Source: Octopus bimaculoides
Taxonomy: Eukaryota
Assembly (NCBI RefSeq): GCF_001194135.2
Contig: NC_069006.1
Coordinates: 6,666,256 to 6,730,255 of the forward strand
Direction: 5' to 3'
Length of the DNA stretch: 64,000 nt
The notes below the pieces were generated by a model. The model was not told the DNA's origin and searched no databases. It saw nothing but the letters and a program-made list of their open reading frames with translations. The first letter of the stretch is position 1, and the number at the start of each line of letters is the position of its first letter. A program made the translations under genes and the position numbers. Shown one piece after another: positions 39,430 through 53,600 of this stretch.

Positions 39430-39810
39430 TTAAAACACTTTGGTTGCACTGAGCATCAACTGACCACCAGTGCAGCTCATTCTCTCCCTCCATCTGTTAC
39501 ATCCTGGATGTTCATCTTGGTCAATGATGAGGGAACCAAGAAGATATCTGTCTGCTCACACTTACTTACACAGCCACTTAAATAATCCCCTTTGCAGATG
39601 GATGACAAAATGTATTGACTGGAGATTTTAATGCTCATGTTAGTGTACATTCCAACAAATACACTTGTGTATATGACAGCCTCTTGTCAGAGAACTTGAA
39701 AAGCTGATTCGAGTTCCTTAAAATTTGTGATGCAAATGATGTTGCTAGCTAACTTACTTAATTGGTCACCTCTATGAATTTGCACAACAAAATCATTTCA
39801 GAAATACAAT
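39430..39810 (+). mobile_element. Decayed RTE AP-endonuclease domain fragment
   Basis: VLTGDFNAHV and FLKICDANDV match the APE motifs GDFNAHVG and LLEFCxxNxL; left boundary uncertain. Confidence 0.8.
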
Positions 39811-40365
39811 CAAAGCATGGTACATGACACCAAGTTGCACTCACTTCTGAGTGACCGCTAACTGTACCTTTTTTATTTTCTTACTTTTTATATTCTTTCA
39901 CTGGATTTAGTCAATGGACTGCAAGCATTATTTAGCCCCTCCTTCACAGGTTTTAGATAATCTCAACAACCACCTCCCCCACCCCATCTATACTTTTATT
40001 GATTATTATTTATTGAATAGCTGAGTTACCTTTCTACATTAAGAAATATAACACAGTGCACCAATACACATGCATAAACGTGCACGTAGCTGTTTGTGCG
40101 AGTGTGTGTGTGCACGCACGCACATCTGTATATCTTTAGCTAAGGTCTATAGCTGAAAGACATGAACAATGGTGAGAAAAACTGAATAACTGGTGCTTTT
40201 GAATAATAATAATAATAATGATAATAATAATAAACCTTATGGAATATTTTTCCTAGCTGAGTTACACAGACAATCCCTTATCATTCTCACTGTAGGAAAA
40301 GCAGTGAACTTATTGGAAATCTGACGCTAACAATGTTATTGATCACTAAATACAAGATAAACTGA

Positions 40366-40401
<36 letters not shown>

Positions 40402-40412
40402 TNNNNNNNNNN

Positions 40413-40454
<42 letters not shown>

Positions 40455-40954
40455 CTTTTCTTATGATATAAGACAGTTTTATATGAAGACAGACATAATC
40501 AAGGATTTGTTTGTGTTACCTTATGTCAAACTAAGTGTCATGTCAACCTAACACATCAAGAACAACACTGACCAATAGCTATTGATTGTTTACATTTACT
40601 TTCTGAAAGTGACTGTGTGTGAGTGTGTAAATATATATATATATGTGTGTGTGTGTGTATTTATATATAATTAAAATATGTATGCAAAATATGTTTAAAT
40701 ATGAAAAATGCTTAGGTATAGGATGTTTGTATTATAGATCTGATTATGATATTGATCTCTATATGATTATAATCCCTAATGTATAAGCTTAAAACCACTT
40801 TAGTGTTTTAGCAGAATACACAATGTAATTGCAATGAAATACAAGGAAATGATTTTTATAAGTAGATATTATCTTGCAGTCAAGGACAATGAACCAAATC
40901 TGATTATTGGAAGTTCTATATACACTCAGTTTTAACTAAATCTAAAAGTGTTTA

Positions 40955-40993
<39 letters not shown>

Positions 40994-43799
40994 TGCATTT
41001 TCATATACACATACATACTTGTACACACACACATATACACACGTGTGTGTGTGTAGGTATGTATGGACATGTTTGTGCATATAAAAATGCATGTATTTGC
41101 ATGGGTTGGATAGATCTGAAAATTCAGATACTTAGTGAAGTCCATATTTTACAGCTGAATGCTCTTGTATAGACAACCAAAGAAGAGGTAATTATTCAAC
41201 ATCAAACAGGTTCAGTTAACCACACAGATCCAAATGGAATAACACTCAAAGGGTGTGAGTCTTCAAACTCAAACTGAGTTATTAGTTTGGAAAACAGTGT
41301 TGAGTATTCATCTGTGGACAATCACGACCAGTGAGGTGTTCCTGATGTGGTTATTCAAGCAGCCAAAGAAACACCTAAATCTCCTTGAAAATCCTCTCGA
41401 CCTTTCTTAAAATGATGACCACATATTTTGGTTAAAATTCAAGCGGACCTCAGAATTAAAGATAGCCTGGTCACAGTTTGCACACTGATCAATAATAACA
41501 CTTTATCCTAACTGCCATGTTGATCATGTTGAATCAATTAAGTTCTCAAAAAAACGGAAATATAATTGAAACACCACCACCATTGTGTTGCCCCAGTTGT
41601 CATGGAAACAGTGTATCCCAGGTGTAATCAGGTCTAAAACCTACAGTGGTGGAGTATACCAGTGATAAACAGGCCATTATCTCATGGAATAGAAATGATG
41701 TACGCAGAAAGATGGAGAAGACAACCTTCCCATTGAAAAGGAACTTGTAGGAACAATTTTAACCCAAAAGTATATCAACACTTTGACAAAGAACATATAA
41801 ACTACAAATAACCTCCAAAAACCACAAAGACTAAAATATTACTAAGTTCTCAAGATAGTGGAATCTGACAAATAAAGGGAAAGTGTTACATGGTTGTCTA
41901 CACAACAGTACTACTCTCTAAGAACAAATAGAATTAATATTTAAAAATGCAGAACAACTGGAAACCCTTTTGTCTTTGTGGCTGAGGTTTGGGAATGACT
42001 GCAGTCATAGCATATTTTGAGATGAGGATGAAACCAGTGGGATCCATTATCTATTGCAGTAATATGCACAGAGGAGTATAAAATCCCCAAGGTATTCATT
42101 CCAGTGGAATCTCCAGTGTTACTGTACTGCTACAAATTACAATGGTGACTAGTGGTACCTACTTACAACGGGTTAAGTCAGTTATGGAGATGTACTTCAG
42201 GTCAATGGTCAAAGCATGGCATTTTTCTTTTTCTTTTTTTTTTTTTACAGGATATAAAATCTAAATTTTTTGGCTGTTGCTCTCATATCAATAAAATCAT
42301 CTCCAGACAGCAGAACCATCTGCCATTTATTAGAAAGGAAAAAAATATTTGAATGCTATGAAAGACAGGGTGAACAAAAACAGCTGAAATTACAAACACT
42401 CAACTTCAATCATGATAAGACTATTAATCTCAGGTTTTTGCCATTATGTATTAGTATGTTCAGTAGTTGTCTTCATAGAGACATAATAATTCTAGAGACA
42501 GACATACCGACATAGACATACATTTGGTCTATGATTAAATTTATCATCTTTATATTTGTCTCTCAAGGTTTCAATGCTTTTAATCAGTCTACCATTTTAT
42601 AGCTGAATGCTCATCCTTCTATTAACTCTTCAAAAATGATGTGTCATTAACACCTACTTTCAAAGAGACAAACTAAGACAAACCATATTATGTAACTTGT
42701 ATTGGAACTGACACAGTGAATGCGACAAATATTGAACTCATAGTCAGTCATAAAAACAATTTGGAAAATATTTTCAAGCTACTATCATGAGTGGAAAGAG
42801 AGGATTCTTAAAATTTCAGTATTTTAATATCTGGATCAAATTGCTTTAATTTTCTTTTAAAATAAACAGAAGGGTGCCCTTTTCTAACACAAACCACTCA
42901 ATTATGAAGTGAATAGAGTAGTTTTTTGCAGTTGGCTCTAATGAAGCAAGCAAAATAATGAATCTTGCCTTAGGGTAAACAATACAATGGCTGCAACAGA
43001 ATTTTGAGTCATGACCTTTCAGTTTAATAGCTGAAAACCAGCAGTGATTTTATTGATCTGCAGAACTAAGAAAGTTCAATAGACAAATCACAAATGAAAG
43101 CTAATCCACAAGTTCATGATTTATAGTTTCACATAAATATTTTGGTGTATATCTTTTGTCTCATTACCAAATGAGGAAATAACTAACATTTGTTTGCTTT
43201 TTAAAGAAAAAACAACAAGATGTCATAAATTTTAGAATCACAAGATTGCCAATTTCTTTTTTAATATCCTAAGCTAATACGCAATACAAGAAATTTTATT
43301 GATCTAATATGTTTATATACATTAGGAGCAAAATATATAAAGTGATTTTTTTTAAAAAGCATTTGGTTTTGTAGTAAATTTTGTAATTCATTTTTTGTAC
43401 TCCAATATAAAAGATATTTCTGAAAAGTAAATACAAAGTCTCTAATTTTAATTTGAAATATTATTGTGTGTGTGTGTGTGTGTGCATGCGTGTGTGTGTG
43501 CACGTGCGCATGTGTGTGTGTATTTGTAGTTCCTATCAAAAAAGATCAAAACACAAAATCCACTTTTAACAGAGTGGATATATATTATATACGTACAAAT
43601 ATTTGAGTATCTATACCATATTTCAAACCATGGTTTCATACCATTAACAGGGTAAATATTTGAAAAATGTCGTTGATCCTCAGATGGTGCTAAATATAGA
43701 TAGAAAATAACTGATATCCACTTGAATTAATATCCACCTAGAGACCAATATTAAACCATAGTTTGGACCTAAGTATATAAAACATGCTCATCCATATAT

Positions 43800-44070
43800 C
43801 ATCAACTTCATTATCATCATGGTTTTATGTTCTCCGTTCCAAACTGGTATGAGATAGGCAGGTCGTCATGGGTTGTGTCAGTTCTTATTTGGAGTTATTG
43901 CCTTCCTAGATGGATTGGAGGCAATATCCAACCATTACATATCATTTTTAGCATGGTTTACATGGCTGGAGGCCCTTCTTACTCCCAACCACTTTACAGG
44001 ATGAAACTGGATGCATTTTACAATGGCGCCAGCTCCAAAGAACTTGATGTGTCCCTAGCAACACTTACGT
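43800..44070 (-). mobile_element. Old RTE-type tail (family A-like)
   Basis: tcatcatggttttatgttctccgttcc...ggcccttcttactcccaaccactttacag resembles decayed family A. Confidence 0.55.
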
Positions 44071-45239
44071 GTCCTCTTTGTTGTCCCTCACAACCATCAT
44101 CATATATACATATACTGATATGGTGCATTGTCAATAAACATCAGCACACTCTTAATCTAATAAAGGTAAAAGACCAAGTAACATTAGTTTAGTTAAACTG
44201 TAATGAATGAAGAGATGAGAAAGCAAAGATGTAATACATAGTGTATACTTAAATTTAGACAAATTTTATGGAAACAATTCCTCTCTGCTAGCATTGAGAG
44301 ACAAATGTAAAATAATAATTCCAATCTCTCAACTGAGGAGTTAGTATAACAGAAGAAGTCAAGTTTGTTAAAGAATTCTCCAAGTAAACACACAAAAGTG
44401 AGATTTGCAGAAGTATTTCTGAGGCTTCAGAATAGAAAATCTATGATGGAATATAAAAAGTTGAAAAAATAGAGAAATTGTAGGGTTTTAAGAATATTAA
44501 ACATAGGATTTTAAATAATGATGCATAAACTGAGACAGTTTCATTGCTATTGCCTGAGAATAAATCATCAATTTCTTTAATGGCCTCCAAAAATTTAATA
44601 ACTCAGATAAATAGCTGCATGACACCACCTTTTTCATTTGGAAGCAAATAATTCAAATATACAAAATAATTAGTATTTTTTACATAAGTGTGGTCTGACA
44701 AGTTTAAAGCCAGGGGCAGTTGACTATATCAGTAATCTGAAAGTCTGATATTGCATGTCCCATAACATGTGTTGTTTCTTCACCCACAGAATTTTTACAC
44801 TCAAAAACATAGTTTACTTCCCTCTATGTGCATCATGAAGTGATACATAACAACTGTTGGGTGTTTTTGTTAGCATACAGTACCTAGTCTGCTTAACTCT
44901 GTATGTATCTCAAGGAGGTACACATCAACTATGGAGCATTACCCTAAACTATTTAACTGTATGGGTATCATGAGGTGATACACATCAACCCTTAAATGTT
45001 TTGTTAGCTTATCATGCCAAGTACAAATTCTCCCTTGGGTCCAAAGAAAACGGTAGGGGGGGGAGGGTCAAGCTACTCTTCAAAAAAGAAAAAATGTCTA
45101 AGTTTTGTTCAAATTACACAACAGGATATTTTTTTATCTTTTTAGTGAAGAGAAGGCAATGACCATGACTCTTCCCATGGTCTCTGTCATTGGCAGGAGA
45201 GAGGGAGGGGTTTTCAAACCAGAGACTTGACCTCAATGC

Positions 45240-45530
45240 CTGCCACTGAGTGGACTCCATTAAAGTCATTCAAGGTGCCAGGTGGTGTGTTAAATCAGGT
45301 GATGGATACAAGAGGATTTGAACTCAGAACACAAAGAATTAGAACAAATACTGTAAGGTATCCAATCCAATGTTCTGGTAGTTCCACTCTGGATTGGTAC
45401 ATTACGAGCAATTCCAAAAGATGAAAGGCAGAGTTGGCCTCAGTGGGATTTGAACTCAGAATATTGAGTGTTAGAACAAACATCACAAAACTTTCTGTCC
45501 AACACTTTAAAGACTGCTAGTTCACCACTG
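45240..45530 (-). mobile_element. Two tandem partial SINE family B copies
   Basis: ggatttgaactcagaa occurs at ~45315 and ~45447. Confidence 0.75.
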
Positions 45531-47703
45531 TTACACAGAACATGATAACTACACAAGCTAACAAGAGAAAGAGAATTAGAGTTTACAATATTCATGGCAT
45601 TTTCAAGGATTTTGCTAATTTTAATGAAGGTTTAGAATCAGTAATTAACACTAACACATCCACAAAATGTAATTGGAATTTCCTTTACAATTTTTTTCAT
45701 TCTTTCTAAATATGAGAATATTTTCCTCTCAAAACTGATGCTCAAAGATGAATAACTTCCTAAGAATAACTAAATGAATCTAAAGAAAGCCATTAAATAA
45801 ATGTGGCTTGACCAGTTAAGAAGTATTCTCTACAATTTGATGATCACGTGTAAGCAGCTTGATGGACAGAAAAATGGAAAGTTAATGTGCTTATGTGAGA
45901 AGAGCTTAGATCTTTCATTGACAGGAACATTTGGAAGTTTCAAACCAAACATTAGAGATATCATATGCTGCAGCCAAACATTTCAACTGTCGATACTTTG
46001 AATATTAATGATATCCTGTTGAAATGTATTCTGTTGTTAACGCTTTCATAGATTAAAGTTAAATTCAGAAGTGAAACTTAAGCTCTTACCATAAGTTGTT
46101 CAGTTGTCACTGCTTCCAACAGAATTAGAATGGGGCATGTGAGAGTAAGTACACTTAAGATCTAACTAGGCAAATGGTCAAACTAATACATCATTCATTT
46201 TGACAATAGCATGTGAAGGAAGAATGCACAAGGAGCAAAATAACCCCTGTTCTATCTTAAAAGGCATCTATACAATTTGGTCAGTAAGGAATGTAATAAA
46301 TGAAACAATGATGTTTAGAACTGATCATAGCAAGGCTGGCATTTGAAACTCTCATCTGTACTAAGAGAACAGTCAGAATGATGAAGTCTGGCACTTAGAT
46401 ATCTTGAAACTAATGGTACATCAACTTTCTGGAACCTTTGCATCCAAAACCTTTCCAGATTACTGGTTCTTCCAAACCAGGAGTGGTTATTTTGATCAAC
46501 ACAGTCTAAATTAAACATATATTAAATTCATTTCAGTAATTGAATGAAATACAGATACCTGTACATTAGTATAAATGATACAAGTTTATTAATACTGAAC
46601 TGTACAATGTACTAGTAAACTACTCTAGTGGATTTGAAGTTCCTGCTTGTAAATTAATGCAAATTATAAGAGGTTCCAAACCACCAGTGCTATATCTGTA
46701 ATGTGGAATCCTTACTCTATTGAGAAAGAACTGGACATAATTATTTTAATGTATTGCTTCCATATAAAACATATTTAACAAACTATGATTATGCTAATAA
46801 CCTTATAAAAATATAAATGAAACCTAAACAAGAATATACAATTAGTACCAAAAAGAATATGCTTTAAAAAATAAAGTATTAATTAATTGTAACAAATGAC
46901 TAAATTTTCTGAATGCTGTTTTCAGAAACAAATGTAATTAATGAAAGTTGAGATTAAAAATTTACTGTCCTCCTAATTATAATTATGATGTCTTTTCTAC
47001 AGGAGGTACTATACACATTACATCTATACACTAAACACCAATAGACCCAGTTGTATGCCTTTAATTTATTACAATTTAACAAATTTTAGTTTGATTTTAT
47101 TAATGTCCAGAAACTTTTAGTTTTTGTTTTTTTCCATTCAGAAATATAACTTACACAAAAAGTCAATTATAAAAGACTATTTGTGATGTGGCATATAATT
47201 AGAACATTGCAGCATGTAGCAGATGAATTATTTAGTATATGTTTCACTAAACTGAAAGCCTACCGTTTACAGCATTTATTTGGAATTCAACAAAAATATT
47301 AGCATTTTTAACCATTATAAATAAGAAAACATTATAAGTAGCAGTAGTAGTAGTAGTAGTAGCAGAAAAAGAAGACTATTCAAAACATTAGTATAGCTTC
47401 AATTGCTGTTTTAATGTTATTTTATACTATTTATGCTCATCACAATTTATACCTCTTGAACTNNNNNNNNNNNNNNNNNNNNNNNNNNNNNNNNNNNNNN
47501 NNNNNNNNNNNNNNNNNNNNNNNNNNNNNNNNNNNNNNNNNNNNNNNNNNNNNNNNNNNNNNNNNNNNNNNNNNNNNNNNNNNNNNNNNNNNNNNNNNNN
47601 NNNNNNNNNNNNNNNNNNNNNNNNNNNNNNNNNNNNNNNNNNNNNNNNNNNNNNNNNNNNNNNNNNNNNNNNNNNNNNNNNNNNNNNNNNNNNNNNNNNN
47701 NNN

Positions 47704-47741
<38 letters not shown>

Positions 47742-49039
47742 CACACAAAGCATACCAAAATTGAAATACAGATCCAATTTCACAGCTTAATTTTTAATTC
47801 CCTTGATGTAAGAAGCTCCGATAAGTTCATGCAATACAAAACCAATATTTATATCATAAATATCATTATTAGAGTTGAAGTAAGTTTATATTTATTGAAA
47901 TACATTGTCGTCAAATGATGTTTTATTACAGAAGCAATCCACAATTAAATTATTTAACATTTTATGTTAAACAGAAACAACTGTTTGACAAGTTTTCTCA
48001 GTCAATTGATCTTCAATGCTGCTTATACAATAATAAACGATTTCAGAATAGTTAGTAACAATTGTAGACACGTAAATTGTCATATGAAATACTAATGTAA
48101 TACTTGTGCTAGAAATAAAATTTATTAGCATGATTGAAGCCAGCCCTAAGACATGTTGATATCTAGAGAAATAAGGCACCCAACAATGATCCAACTGCAT
48201 GAACAAATGTAATCTAGTATAAAGGAAAAACACATGAAAGACGAGTAGTCAGGAAATTTGGAATTATTTCCATATAGTGCCAATAATCTAGATTCTATTG
48301 GGACAAATTAAATCATTATTCCGAGAGACTCGTATAACATGTACTGAAAAATAAATGTTGCCACAACATATATATAATTGCTTAAAGCACCATAATAAAC
48401 AGACAGCTTTAATATTTTCCATGGTGTTGCTGTTTGAACAAGATTAGTCCTGATCAAGCATGTATGTAGGTAGTTGTCGGTGCATAGCTCCAAGTCAGCA
48501 AAGATTAAACAGACACCTATGATCAAAGGCATTCCAGATATGACCAGCCGTTATATATTCCATTGTTCAGTATGTTTTCCTCTAACATAATCTAGCCTGC
48601 CTTTCAATGAGAGAATTTTTATTTCACTATGAAGCTATTCTATGAATTTGGTATTTGTATGAACCAAAATGAGGTGCAGTGATAGGATGATGAAAAATGC
48701 ACTATTATATTATTTTGTAATTAGTTGTAGAGGAACTGTAGGTCCCAGGTAGAAATGTAATTTCTTTTGTATAGGGTGATTGTTTTATTGTTATCCAAAC
48801 GTGGTATTTGTGAGATCCCGAAATGTGTTTGTCTATCATTTTACTTTCCTCTCTCTGTCTTCCCAGTCTATCATGGATATTGTGTTGTGCTTAATTCCTA
48901 ATATTTCATGCATGGTCTGTTTATGTTGAAGTTGTTTCACCCCAGCAGTAGGCAAGCCTATGATCAAAAGTTCAAAAGCTTTTGAGAAATCCCAAAATAG
49001 CAAAATGGTAGGAAAACTTCTTCCTTAAAATGGTCAGAT

Positions 49040-49410
49040 GCCTCTTCCTCTTGAACATTAACCAGAAGGTTTGAAACTGTGTTGGGTGGCACTGACATGC
49101 TAATGCTTTGTGCCATTTTTGTTAATGTCCTAGAAAGAAAGAATACCCCACTCCCCATCAAAGGATGATGTTACAACAAACTTCCTAAAGTGACACACAC
49201 CATTAGTGAAGGAAGAGTTCATTTCATTGGATACTGCTGAAGAAGTAAAGGACTGGTTATTGACAACCTACTTCAGGTACCTTGACATCGTTGCTATCAT
49301 GTGGGAGGTCCTGTGAAGACAGATTGATCAGTTGACAGATGGCGCTGGATGTCATTGAGAAGAAATATCATAGGTCATAGAGGATAGAGATAAGTGGTGG
49401 ATGACGGTCA
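49040..49410 (+). mobile_element. Decayed RTE ORF2 3' end, same family as 8395-8825
   Basis: KLPKVTHTISE.RVHFIG, RPxKT.IDQLTD and EDRDKWW remnants. Confidence 0.7.
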
Positions 49411-49569
49411 TGCTGTATCCAAGAAAGCTTGATCTATGATGATCAAAAGGCATTTCAAAGTTGGCCATCCCTTAGGAGTATTCATGACTTCCCTGTGTAA
49501 ATCGGTCCTTCTTTGTTTGTTAGGACATTTAGGTTAAGATGTCATGGAATTTGGCTACAATTTCCATCC

Positions 49570-49870
49570 AATAGGTTGATGAACATTGAAGGTGACCAAT
49601 CATGAGCAAAATATCGGAAAATGTGGCAAAAGTTTGTGAACTGATCCATGGGAATCATTACTGAACATCTATCAGCTTTTTTGCATGACTGGAATCAGTT
49701 CAGGAAACTGCCAGAAGATTCTCATGGAAAACCAGAAGTCTGTGTAAATTGTTCTTGGGTTTTTCACACTCATTTGAAATCACCAGTGTCTTGGCATATG
49801 CACTAAACCTCATGAGAAAACTAACAATGACCCAACTTTCATCTCTAGACAGTATAAAAAATTCAGATGA
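49570..49870 (+). mobile_element. Decayed mariner transposase N-terminal fragment
   Basis: SKISENVAKVCELIH, MTGISSGNCQKILMEN and NDPTFISR match the mariner linker region before the first catalytic Asp; frameshifted. Confidence 0.7.
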
Positions 49871-50019
49871 AATCACAATTGGTTTTGAAAGTTGTCTTCA
49901 AGAAGTGAGCTTCCACAGTGTTTTTAAAGAGTGGAAGCTTTTCTGAGAGCTTTTGTGTTTTTTTTTAATCCTTCCTGAGTCATATAGACCCATAGGGCCA
50001 GTTTTCTGATTTCTGGGGT

Positions 50020-50195
50020 GCATATATTCTCCTTGGACAGGACGGCAGTCCATTGCAGGATTACTTATTTTTGTCAGCTGAATGGACTGGAGCAACATGA
50101 AATGAAGTGTGTTGTTCAAGAACACAATGCCCCCTCCCCCATTACAGGAACTGAAACCACAACCTTACAATCCAACATCCTAACCACTAAGCTAC
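50020..50195 (-). mobile_element. SINE family D head and core joined to a different tail
   Basis: gtcagctgaatggactggagcaacatgaaatgaagtgtgttgttcaagaacacaa; the flank differs from the usual D tail. Confidence 0.7.
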
Positions 50196-51259
50196 ATGAC
50201 TCCACTGTTCTGAGCTCACGGAGTAGTTTCCAAGAAGAAATAATTTTGAAAATGGTGGAGCCCAATTATAAATAATATATGAAATACATTATTTACTAGA
50301 GTACTGATATTTTTTTCTACTTCTATTAATATCACTGTATATAACTGACTAAATATCATTATATATTAAATAAATAGCAACCATCATAACATGATTTGTT
50401 TTTTACATGGCATCCATACAATGAACATGAGGTTTATTTTCAGTTCTTTCTTCTTAAAAAAACTCTCAAATTAACTTATTTGGCAATCCATAACATTTGT
50501 GGATGACATGCAAGACATTCTTCAAGAATCAGTATAAGAAAGCTTATTTAATTTCTTTGAAATATTGACATTTTTTTCCTTCTTTTCCATGGCTCTGCTA
50601 GCCAGACTGTCTTTATTTAACAATATGGAAGATGTTTTACTTTGTCAGACAAAATGTTACTAAGTGGTTTCTAAGTTGTCTCAAGAATTGACAATAATTT
50701 CTTTAATTTTTAATGTATAACATTTTTGAAAAAAAAAAAAAATATTGAATAATAAAAAAAATCATGAAGCATTTGTCTTGAACATACACTTCATAAGTAT
50801 TTATTCAAATTCAAGATCAGTATAGATTAAAATAATCTTTTATATATANNNNNNNNNNNNNNNNNNNNNNNNNNNNNNNNNNNNNNNNNNNNNNNNNNNN
50901 NNNNNNNNNNNNNNNNNNNNNNNNNNNNNNNNNNNNNNNNNNNNNNNNNNNNNNNNNNNNNNNNNNNNNNNNNNNNNNNNNNNNNNNNNNNNNNNNNNNN
51001 NNNNNNNNNNNNNNNNNNNNNNNNNNNNNNNNNNNNNNNNNNNNNNNNNNNNNNNNNNNNNNNNNNNNNNNNNNNNNNNNNNNNNNNNNNNNNNNNNNNN
51101 NNNNNNNNNNNNNNNNNNNNNNNNNNNNNNNNNNNNNNNNNNNNNNNNNNNNNNNNNNNNNNNNNNNNNNNNNNNNNNNNNNNNNNNNNNNNNNNNNNNN
51201 NNNNNNNNNNNNNNNNNNNNNNNNNNNNNNNNNNNNNNNNNNNNNNNNNNNNNNNNNNN

Positions 51260-51298
<39 letters not shown>

Positions 51299-52959
51299 AG
51301 GTGAGAGTGGAGAACTAAAAATATATCAGAAATATAACTGATAATAGGCATAATTGAGATACACAAAGTGAGATAATCTCTCGAATGCTGGTACCATGAA
51401 AAACAGCAACTTGTAAACATTATAAAATGATTAGCAAATGAGAAGAGAAGGTATAGGGTTTGTGAAGTGCTTTTAGTTCTGTTCTTTTTGTTCTGTTCTA
51501 TTCAAACTCTCTAATGTTGGTGCCAAATGTTCCCATTGCATTGTGTAAAGTGGATAATGACAGGAAGAGCAATGACATGTAAGAGCACCAGTCTATGGGA
51601 GCAGTGGCTCCCAGTAAGAAATGATTCAGACCATGACAATTCATTTAACCCGTGCCAGGATGGAAAGTTGATATAAAATTATGATGATGATGATGATGTG
51701 ACTCTAGAAACATTTCAGGAAATTTTGCAATGCCATATATTGATATTATAGTTGATAGAATAATTCCATAGTTGATATAATAACGTCAAAGTTTTGTCCA
51801 AATTAGAGAGCATATAAATCAAAAGTAGGAAGGAATTATCCTGTAATCTGTGTATGAACACTATTTATAATCAGAAGAACTGTTCCAGTCATTATGTAAT
51901 GTGAAGAGTTCACAAAGACAAAGATCAGGAGTTTCAAAACTATAGACCGAAATATTTAAGACAACAATACAGTTCTTACAAAATCAATTCGAAGTTCTAA
52001 GAGAATATAATTTTGTTAAATAATAGAAAGATCTACATTTTTATAGATTTTGCTTCTTACCAGCCATTCTTTATGTCTAACAATATCACCTGACTTGTAA
52101 GTTAAAGACATCAAATCAATCAAAATTATTAAATCATAGAAGAAAAGTTAAATTAAACCAACTATAAAGTAATAAAATAAAAATACATTGTTGTTTTTTT
52201 GTTATTTTTGATTACATAAAATGATTATAGATTTCATTGAAAAAGTTAATAGACTACATAGTTTCTAATATTTATTGAACAATGAATAAATCAATCAAAA
52301 CAAAAGAGGGGGGGAGCATTTATGTTCAATAATAGATTGATAGATATGAAATTCATGAATAAAAGATAGCCATTCAGCAAATGTTTTCATTAATCAGTCA
52401 ATCACAGTCACTTTTTTTTTTTTTAAATCATATCCAATATATTAAAGGATTACCAACTGCTACACTAATAATGTAATAAATTTTGCCCTGAACTTTGCCT
52501 AACAAAGTTTCAATATTGGATCAGCTGATTTCAATCTTTATAGCAACAAAACGTGCAATATCATGAAACCTCATCTCTAGTTTCTGAGGAGTTCCTTTGA
52601 CATCCTTCATAATCAATTTTCAAAGTAATTTATAGATATACCATCATTTTTTTAAAAATCAATTTTAAACGGCTACTTTTTTTTCTTTACATCTNNNNNN
52701 NNNNNNNNNNNNNNNNNNNNNNNNNNNNNNNNNNNNNNNNNNNNNNNNNNNNNNNNNNNNNNNNNNNNNNNNNNNNNNNNNNNNNNNNNNNNNNNNNNNN
52801 NNNNNNNNNNNNNNNNNNNNNNNNNNNNNNNNNNNNNNNNNNNNNNNNNNNNNNNNNNNNNNNNNNNNNNNNNNNNNNNNNNNNNNNNNNNNNNNNNNNN
52901 NNNNNNNNNNNNNNNNNNNNNNNNNNNNNNNNNNNNNNNNNNNNNNNNNNNNNNNNNAT

Positions 52960-53198
52960 ATGTATATATATATATATGTATGTGTGTGTGTATGTTTGTA
53001 TGTGTGTGTTTTTCCTCCCAACATTGCTTGACAACCGATGCTGGTGTGTTTATGTCCCCGTAACTTAGCAGTTCGGCAAAATTGATCGATAGAATAAGTA
53101 CTAGGCTTCTAAAGAATAAGTCCTGGGGTCGATTTGCTCGACTAAAAGGCGGTGCTCCAGCATGGCCACAGTCAAAAGACTGAAACAAGTAAAAGAGT
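52960..53198 (+). mobile_element. Well-preserved 3' half of SINE family C (head probably lost in the gap)
   Basis: cttgacaaccgatgctggtgtgtttatgtccccgtaacttagc...ggcggtgctccagcatggccacagtc. Confidence 0.88.
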
Positions 53199-53199
53199 A

Positions 53200-53600
53200 C
53201 CGCTTACAGCTGTCTTTAGTTCTACAACTACTTTTTGGATCATTTCATTGAAGCATATTTTCTTGTAGCACACTGTTGGGTACTTCTTCCATTCTTTTAA
53301 CCAGAGACCTGTACTTTTAGAGACTAACCAGAAAGAGATGTACTTATTTCTATGGTCACCTTGGAGAGGTCATTTAATTCACATGGCCACACCAACACAA
53401 CAACTATCTCTAAATTAATTCAGAAATGGTCGGCTGGTAAAATGCACACTTGCTGAATATGATCATTTCACAATACTTCAAAGACACGGCAAAAGCATTC
53501 CAATTGAAAAATTTCCAAAAATTTCAAATTGTTCTGGAGTAATTCCCATGATTTGGTATCATTCAACAACACAGGTAATACAAATGATTGATAAATGTGG
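53200..53600 (-). mobile_element. Decayed RTE ORF2 C-terminal fragment
   Basis: LKFLEIFQLECFCRVFEVL*NDHI and CWCGHV resemble LExFQxRCLRRILxIxWxDHI and RWxGHV. Confidence 0.55.

Noticed and set aside
44350-44490. Short frame containing KVRF (PP1-docking-like motif)
   Set aside because: No polypyrimidine acceptor, and a 4-residue motif is uninformative.
53423-53574. Plus-strand open frame between cag| and |gtaata
   Set aside because: The opposite strand is a decayed RTE ORF2 fragment, which explains the composition.
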